Positions 58,124 through 64,000 of a stretch of 64,000 nt of DNA are shown here, piece after piece. Location: the NCBI GenBank assembly GCA_964501335.1, contig CAZCTC010000036.1, forward strand, positions 8,224 to 72,223. Reading direction: 5' to 3'. The notes beneath the pieces were generated by a model. That model made no database searches. It was not told where the DNA came from and saw only the letters and a program-made list of their open reading frames with translations. Position 1 is the stretch's first letter, and every line of letters begins with the position of its first letter. Source of the DNA: an uncultured Anaerolineales bacterium (GTDB taxonomy: Bacteria > Chloroflexota > Anaerolineae > B4-G1 > SLSP01). A program made the position numbers and the translations under genes.

Positions 58124-59413
58124 ATGATGGTCAGAATGGAAATACTTTCAGGAATCCTCCCTCCCTGGTTTAAAGAGTGGTTCCAGATTTATTTAGTCCC
58201 CCTGTTTAAAATCGAGGGGCGCCAACTGTTGTCGTACCTGTTTAAAGGCGTTGGGGATATCTTGTTGTTCCTCGGATTGCCGCTTTTCATCGGCGTCGGC
58301 AGTGAGGCATTCTGGAGCGCTCGTTATTCGTTGCTGCCCGAACAACAGCAACAAGTTTTGCTATGGGCCAGTTTTTCCGATTTGACTGCCTATGTAGAGG
58401 ATATTCCACCGGTCGTACCGCTGGTTTTATGGTACAAGGAAGGAGGGTTGCAGGCGAAAAACCCGGACAACTGCGAAGGGATTATGGGCTTCTATACCGC
58501 GGTTAAAACAGGCCAGGTGCCCTGTTATCCCCCAGGTCCCATATCTCCCTTTGAAGTGGCTCATCAGTTACAAGACGGGGCGCGTATATTCAAGGAATAT
58601 TGCCCTGAGATCCACTATACCACCAGTGATCCGGCGCTGATCAAACAGTGTTATTTGTATTACAATGCCGGCCCGCGCACCCGTTTAACCGCGGACAGCT
58701 CCGGCTATGTCATGAATGGTTATGATGCTGCCCATCAAAACATGGTTCTGACCGATATCCAGGGGCGGCAATATCGCCTGAAGGCTTTGGGAGCCTGGCC
58801 GGTTCATCTGGCCATCCAGGCCCAACTGGCAGGCCAGAAACGTGAAACCGGTCCATCATTTTTGTTGGCCCCCGGGCTTTTGCTTCAGGAAGCCGCCGAT
58901 CGGATCTGGGCCCAACAAACGGACATTAACACCGATCCCCCTGCACCCGAGGCTACTCCCCGCCCCCGCTGCCAGGAACCCGAAACCGGTCCCTGTCTGG
59001 TAGCACCTCATTTAGGCGGGGATCCCGGGCTCCGTCCCTCGCTCAATCCGCTGATCGTTCCCCCATCCGCTGCCACCGAACCGAAGTGCGGCGTGATTCC
59101 AGGATCCGATCTGGGAGCAGCGCAGCCGGCGCTCGTCCTGGCCCCCATGCAAGGGAATCTCACCCGTTATACCGATGCTCAGGGCAACCTGGCCATCCAG
59201 ATTGAAAATGCAGAATGGACGGTCTGGCTTATTGGACTGCGCTCCTACGTGGCAGAGCCCGGCCCAGTCACCGCAGGACAACCAATCGGAGCGATTGGCG
59301 GCCTCAACTCGAGCACGCCAGCCGTACATTATGCAGTGTACGACAAAGCCCAAACCGGCTTTGTCGATCCGCTAAGTTTCTTACCTGAAGGGGAATGTCC
59401 ACCCCTGAGGTAA
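58124..59413 (+). CDS. Membrane-anchored hypothetical protein with a C-terminal LytM/M23-like remnant
   Basis: AAGGG, 8-nt spacer, ATG 58124. N-terminal TM. C-terminal G.PIGAIGGLNSSTPAVHYAVYD....FVDPLSF matches the M23 G.vG.tG.StGpHLHFEv....vdP. The upstream HxxxD metal-site motif was not found. Confidence 0.5.
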   Translation: MMVRMEILSGILPPWFKEWFQIYLVPLFKIEGRQLLSYLFKGVGDILLFLGLPLFIGVGSEAFWSARYSLLPEQQQQVLLWASFSDLTAYVEDIPPVVPLVLWYKEGGLQAKNPDNCEGIMGFYTAVKTGQVPCYPPGPISPFEVAHQLQDGARIFKEYCPEIHYTTSDPALIKQCYLYYNAGPRTRLTADSSGYVMNGYDAAHQNMVLTDIQGRQYRLKALGAWPVHLAIQAQLAGQKRETGPSFLLAPGLLLQEAADRIWAQQTDINTDPPAPEATPRPRCQEPETGPCLVAPHLGGDPGLRPSLNPLIVPPSAATEPKCGVIPGSDLGAAQPALVLAPMQGNLTRYTDAQGNLAIQIENAEWTVWLIGLRSYVAEPGPVTAGQPIGAIGGLNSSTPAVHYAVYDKAQTGFVDPLSFLPEGECPPLR

Positions 59414-59449
59414 AACTCTCACATTCTATCGCTTGCAAGGAGGAATCTC

Positions 59450-59992
59450 ATGGTGGATCTTATCGCACTACTGCCACTGGCTCTGGTAATATTGGCGGGT
59501 CTTTGGGCACTCTGGCTGGTCTTCAAGCGCGACTTGCTGGCCCAAAACCTGGGGAAACTGATCTCCTATTTCCTGGGCGCGGTCCTCACCTTCCTGGCAG
59601 TCGGTCTGCTGGTCGTCTGGTTCCTGCCTTCCTGGATTCGCATGCAATTGGAAGATGCCAATAGCTCACAAGATGTTCAGGCCATTCAAAACATCGTTCA
59701 GGAAAACTGGAATGAAGCCACCGCCCCGCGCGGCGTGGCCCCCACCGCTGCCCCCGTCGCTACGGAAAACCCGGTCAGCCCCATCGTGGTCACTCCCGAT
59801 GCCGGCGCCGCCAATCCAGGGATTCAATCCGTGCAACCTGGAGGAGCAACGAAACACACGGTCGTAGCGGGAGACACACTCTACAGCCTTTCCAAACGCT
59901 ATGGCGTATCAGTCGCAGCAATCCAGCAGGCTAACAACCTGGCCACCGAAAATATTCAGGTAGGACAGGTCCTGACTATCCCGGCGCCGTGA
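59450..59992 (+). CDS. Membrane-anchored LysM-domain protein
   Basis: RBS AAGGAGG. N-terminal TM. C-terminal LysM (HTVVAGDTLYSLSKRYGVSVAAIQQANNL..IQVGQVLTIP). Confidence 0.7.
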   Translation: MVDLIALLPLALVILAGLWALWLVFKRDLLAQNLGKLISYFLGAVLTFLAVGLLVVWFLPSWIRMQLEDANSSQDVQAIQNIVQENWNEATAPRGVAPTAAPVATENPVSPIVVTPDAGAANPGIQSVQPGGATKHTVVAGDTLYSLSKRYGVSVAAIQQANNLATENIQVGQVLTIPAP

Positions 59993-60825
59993 GCACCGAA
60001 TCCAGTTCCAACCAACAGTCCCATCCAGTGAAGGAACGGAAGTTCCCTTCCCTGCGCAGGCCCTGGAACAGCTTTATCAGCATGATCCGAGAGGCAGTTC
60101 TGCCCATGCCGCACTATCTCAAGGATGAGAAAGTGCAAATGAAGATTATGATGGCAGACTATCGACGTAAAGTTCCATTCTATGTCATCATCGCTTCGGC
60201 GGTTGTGGGAGTCATCGCAGGAATCATCTGGATTATTTTCGGGGGAATGGCCGCCAGTGCCTGTGCGGTCTCGGCTCCGGTAGATTGTGCCGTCAGTAGC
60301 CAGTGCACACCAACGCCCGTAGTGGCCGGCGCGGAGCTGCTGCCGACCCCTACACCGTTACCGCCGACGCCTACACCGATGCCGCCGACTCCGGAAGAGC
60401 AGGCCCGCCTGCAAGAGAGATGGAGATTATGTACCGACTACAATTCAAACCAATTTCTGGCAGCCGTCTTCGTCCTGTTGGCGCTGGTTACAATCGCCAA
60501 ATCCGTGGATGACTTGCTGCAATACTATCAATGGCAGTTCATTTTGACGAACAAACGGATCATCATCATGGCTCCCGATCTGCGTCAAAAAGGATTCGCT
60601 GACGTCATCTACTTGAAAGGCGGCAAGATCCAGGTAGTCGATACTAACTGGTCCCATAGCTCTTATTGGGGTTTCTTCCAGGCCATGACGGGCGCCCGGG
60701 ATGTCAACCTCAGCATGGGCGGCTATGAATTCAAAGAGTTGGGCGCCGAGGTCAAAAGCGGGCTACGTTTCCCCGATGTGACGCCGGAAGACAGCAAGTT
60801 GCTGGAAGAGATCATTTTCGGGTAA
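59989..60825 (+). CDS. Membrane protein with a PT-rich linker and bacterial PH (YdbT-like) domain
   Basis: GTG overlapping the upstream TGA (GTGA). ..YYQWQFILTNKRIIIM.. bPH-like core. Confidence 0.5.
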   Translation: MSTESSSNQQSHPVKERKFPSLRRPWNSFISMIREAVLPMPHYLKDEKVQMKIMMADYRRKVPFYVIIASAVVGVIAGIIWIIFGGMAASACAVSAPVDCAVSSQCTPTPVVAGAELLPTPTPLPPTPTPMPPTPEEQARLQERWRLCTDYNSNQFLAAVFVLLALVTIAKSVDDLLQYYQWQFILTNKRIIIMAPDLRQKGFADVIYLKGGKIQVVDTNWSHSSYWGFFQAMTGARDVNLSMGGYEFKELGAEVKSGLRFPDVTPEDSKLLEEIIFG

Positions 60826-60865
60826 AGGGATCTCTTATCCACGCCCCATCTCTAACAAACAAAAA

Positions 60866-60895
60866 TCGGGCCGCACGCCGGCCCGATTTTGTTGT
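60866..60895. terminator. Bidirectional terminator hairpin between convergent genes
   Basis: caaaaatcgggccg-cacgc-cggcccgattttgttg. Confidence 0.6.
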
Positions 60896-60909
60896 CTATG
60901 CCCCTAAGC

Positions 60910-62277
60910 TCATCGCGTTCGAACTCTAAAAAGCATCCAGCCCAAGAACCCCAATCCCAAAGGAAACAAACTCCCGCTGCAAAAGCGAGACTCAGGCGGC
61001 ACAGATTCCACCGGCAAAAAAGGCGAATAAGTGGGTGTAGGAGAAGCCAAAGCAATGCCGGTCTGAATCGGGGTATAAATATTATCAGCCGGCAAGTTCC
61101 CGGTTCCAACTCCTACCAAAGTCACCGCCACCGGCGGCGTAGGAGTCGGCAATCGAAAGGGCGTTTCAGAAGGAGTCAAAGTCGGCTCGGGCGGCAAAGG
61201 GGTAGGAGGTTCCGGCGTCGCCGTCGGCAACGGAGAAACAACAGTAGGTGGGATCGGAGTCGGCGTTAAAGTAAGCGTGGGCGTCGGCGTCGCTGTGGGC
61301 GGCTGAGGTGTAAAAGTAGGAGTCGGCCGCGGCGGTAAACTGCGAAAAGTCCCCACCAGATAAGCAGTTTGATTTAAATAGGTATCGCTGGTCAACTGAG
61401 AAGGCTCAATCTGTGAACCCTCAGTCCAACCGTTAAAACTGTTGATCAGAATCCAATCCGGACTGCTGCGCACCACCTCATGCCATAAAGCGTCATAATA
61501 ATTTCCCTGATCCCGTTCCCGCACCAGAGGAGCCTCTGGATGCAGAACACGGTCATTGTAACCCGGAGAAACAGTTCCGACCCAATAACGGAACCGTCCC
61601 TGCTGAGCACTCCAGGTACGAACCGCTCCCCCGACTTCCATTTCCAGGCTGGTCGGGTCCTGCGCCTTATTGATGTTATAGTAATAAAACCCATCGAAAG
61701 CCTGGAGATATTCCACCCCACTGGCCTCAGCAATCCAAATCATAGTGTGCTGCGGATCGATCTGCTGGCGGATAGTATTCCAGCTATCAGCCGAATAGCG
61801 CGCCTGTCCCAGAAAGAAAATCACCGGCTTCCCGGCTGTCTGCAAATAAGCCGAATTTCGAGCATGCCGATCCCGTAACTCCCCCAGAGAGGCCGTCAAC
61901 TTATCTACTGTGGGCAACAGAGGAGAATAAACATCCACAGCGACCGCAGCCTTCATCTGATAATGCCCTGATTTCTCCAGCAAGGTGATGAAATTACTTT
62001 CGGAAGGATTTCCATCCCGTTCCGCCCCTTGCCAGAATTGAATCAACGCATCGAGACCAGCCCGCTTAGCCTGCACTACATGAAGTTCAATCACCGTAGG
62101 ATCATCCGAAGAATAGGGCTGAACAGGAGAATCGGGCAAAGGCAAAGACCAGGTGTTGGCATCCCAACGGGCATAATAAAAAGCCAGAACCAAAGGACCA
62201 CCCTGGGCCTGCAAAGGGCTCACGGGACTCAACAGGATCACCAAAGCCAGGAACAAACCAGCTTTACGAATATGCAT
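60910..62277 (-). CDS. Secreted TIM-barrel glycoside-hydrolase-like protein (GH99-like) with a PT-rich linker and C-terminal hydrophobic anchor
   Basis: ATG 62277 after GGAGG with a 5-nt spacer gives signal peptide MHIRKAGLFLALVILLSPVSPLQA. FYYARWDAN.. and ..ILINSFNGWTEGSQIEP.. motifs. Family assignment is tentative. Confidence 0.5.
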   Translation of the reverse strand: MHIRKAGLFLALVILLSPVSPLQAQGGPLVLAFYYARWDANTWSLPLPDSPVQPYSSDDPTVIELHVVQAKRAGLDALIQFWQGAERDGNPSESNFITLLEKSGHYQMKAAVAVDVYSPLLPTVDKLTASLGELRDRHARNSAYLQTAGKPVIFFLGQARYSADSWNTIRQQIDPQHTMIWIAEASGVEYLQAFDGFYYYNINKAQDPTSLEMEVGGAVRTWSAQQGRFRYWVGTVSPGYNDRVLHPEAPLVRERDQGNYYDALWHEVVRSSPDWILINSFNGWTEGSQIEPSQLTSDTYLNQTAYLVGTFRSLPPRPTPTFTPQPPTATPTPTLTLTPTPIPPTVVSPLPTATPEPPTPLPPEPTLTPSETPFRLPTPTPPVAVTLVGVGTGNLPADNIYTPIQTGIALASPTPTYSPFLPVESVPPESRFCSGSLFPLGLGFLGWMLFRVRTR

Positions 62278-62378
62278 ATTCGCCTCCATCCGCAGTATAA
62301 CTCCAAGCTTGCCGAAAAACAAGCGAGATTGCAACCGCTTTCACCGCCCTGGACACCCCTTTTTTTATCGAGTATAAT

Positions 62379-63860
62379 TTGACCGATAGCACAAGGAGAG
62401 AAAAAATGAATTTACCCTTACAATACTTCAACGGCCCTGCCGGCCTGATCATCGCATTCCTGTTAGCATTGGTTCCCCTGCTTGTTTTACATGAACTGGG
62501 ACACTTTTTCATGGCGAAACTCATGGGAGTATGGGCACATGAATTTGGGATTGGCATCCCCCCCCGAATCGTACGGCTCTTTAAATGGCGCGAAACTGAA
62601 TTTACCTTAAATTGGATTCCCTTCGGCGCCTTTGTCCTCCTGGAAGGCGAGCAATATCAAGAAGCCATGGCCCAGGTCGAGGCCGCACCCTCATCCCCAG
62701 CTCCCGACAATCCCGCACCTGCATCCAAAACCGAAGCCATGCCGACCGCCGAGAGTCTGGCCAAAATCGCTGAAATCCGCCGTCACAGTCTGGAGACCAA
62801 ATCCCCGGGGCAGCGCTTCCTGATTTTCGCCGGCGGCCCCTTGATGAACATTTTGACAGCCTGGATAGTCGCCATCGTTATGTATATGACAGGGGTGCCT
62901 AATGTTCAAAATACCCAACCCTTCATCACTAAAGTCGTCCCCAATTCGCCTGGAATGGCCGCGGGAATCCAATCGGGAGATATCATTCTAAAAGTCAACG
63001 ATATTGCCATTTCTTCCGTGGATGAAATAAGTCCCATCGTTCAAAAACACCTCGATGAAAACGTCAATATTGAATTGAATCGCAATGGAACCTCTCTCAA
63101 TGTGACCGTGGTGCCGCGCTCCAATCCGCCGGCCGGAGAGGGAGCGATAGGAATCCAGCTCTCCAACATCGCCACCCGGGTCATGATTCAAAACGTAACC
63201 GTCGATTCTCCAGCTGCCAGGGCCGGGATACAGAATCGAGATGTGATCCTCAAAATCAACGGCGAAAAAATATTTGACAGCAATAGTGCGATGGTACTGC
63301 TTGAAGCCCACGCAGGGGAGGCCCTCACTTTAGAAATAGAGCATGAAAAAGCGCCCTTGACTGTAACCCTCACCCCGGCCACCGACGAAAAGATCGGCGT
63401 TGAGCTCGTTACAACCTTGCCTCCAGGCTCGCTAAAACAATTTCCTTTTCCGGAAGCATTCGTTAAAGGGAGCCAGTACTTCGGGCTGGTAATTGGAGGT
63501 ACCCTCTGGGCACCTATCGCTTTAATTCAGGGACAACTTCCGCTGGAGACCGCACGTCCCATGGGCGTAGTGGGAATAAGTAATGTGGCCTCTCAATCCC
63601 TCCAGGAAAGTATTACCCAAAACTCTCTCTATCCTTATTTCAGCCTGTTGATTATCATCAGCATTGCCCTGGGCGTTTTTAACTTTCTCCCCATTCCAGC
63701 CCTGGATGGCGGCCGAATCCTGTTCATCATTATCGAAAAAATCCGTGGTCATCGATTGACTCCCAGCGTCGAAGCGAAAATTCATCAAGTCGCCCTGTTA
63801 ATCCTCTTGGGAATTTTCGTAGTCGTCACCATATTTGATATCTCCGATATAATACGATAA
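62379..63860 (+). CDS. rseP: RIP zinc metalloprotease (site-2 protease, M50)
   Basis: RBS AAGGAGAG. HELGHF. Two PDZ domains. ..NFLPIPALDGGRIL. Confidence 0.9.
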   Translation: MTDSTRREKMNLPLQYFNGPAGLIIAFLLALVPLLVLHELGHFFMAKLMGVWAHEFGIGIPPRIVRLFKWRETEFTLNWIPFGAFVLLEGEQYQEAMAQVEAAPSSPAPDNPAPASKTEAMPTAESLAKIAEIRRHSLETKSPGQRFLIFAGGPLMNILTAWIVAIVMYMTGVPNVQNTQPFITKVVPNSPGMAAGIQSGDIILKVNDIAISSVDEISPIVQKHLDENVNIELNRNGTSLNVTVVPRSNPPAGEGAIGIQLSNIATRVMIQNVTVDSPAARAGIQNRDVILKINGEKIFDSNSAMVLLEAHAGEALTLEIEHEKAPLTVTLTPATDEKIGVELVTTLPPGSLKQFPFPEAFVKGSQYFGLVIGGTLWAPIALIQGQLPLETARPMGVVGISNVASQSLQESITQNSLYPYFSLLIIISIALGVFNFLPIPALDGGRILFIIIEKIRGHRLTPSVEAKIHQVALLILLGIFVVVTIFDISDIIR

Positions 63861-63921
63861 GCCAAAGCCTGGATTGATTCACCGTTGCATTGAATAATCA
63901 AGGAAATTAAGGCCAACAATC

Positions 63922-64000
63922 ATGGAAGATACAAAATCAATAAATCGTATGTGGAATGCTCTGGAACAAAATCAACAGGTTCCAGAAAATATAGATCTAC
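63922..64000 (+). CDS. Possible 5' end of a further gene (MEDTKSINRMWNALEQ..)
   Basis: ATG after AAGGA. Only 26 codons are in the window. Confidence 0.2.
   Translation, partial: MEDTKSINRMWNALEQNQQVPENIDL

Overview
This is a 64-kb, high-GC (~60%) window that looks chromosomal. Housekeeping genes are present: the N-terminus of pyrF, groES-groEL behind tandem CIRCE operators, miaA, yraN, aspS and rseP. Around them are accessory-like islands. The window is dominated by two-component signalling: five histidine kinases (two giant PAS/GAF proteins of 1858 and 1211 aa) and six response regulators, two of which are atypical. Transport and iron genes include an ABC-2 exporter, a DtxR/MntR-family regulator, feoAB and a feoC-like gene. 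The window also carries an unusual set of eukaryote-like or rare proteins: a truncated major-vault-protein homolog, a GT3 (eukaryotic-type) glycogen-synthase-like glycosyltransferase, an AAL/RSL-type fucose-lectin beta-propeller next to a GH1 glycosidase, and a WD40 lipoprotein. A 1.5-kaa beta-helix adhesin carries four near-identical 222-bp repeats. The strongest candidate for a new system is a two-gene operon at 25.9-27.5 kb. It pairs a soluble stomatin-like SPFH protein with a compact retron-type reverse transcriptase (NAxxH, QGxxxSP, YGDD and xTG motifs; Ec86-like). A promoter and ~300 nt of hairpin-rich noncoding leader lie upstream and could hold the msr-msd ncRNA. The intergenic DNA is saturated with several families of short dispersed repeats. 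The main family is a modular ~130-160-bp element with a covarying 14-bp hairpin, present at 13 or more loci including two tandem arrays. Others include a MITE-like element with 17-bp terminal inverted repeats and arrays of a TGTCTAC heptad. No rRNA, tRNA or CRISPR array was found. The taxon cannot be named from sequence alone; the gene content resembles a Chloroflexota-like environmental bacterium.
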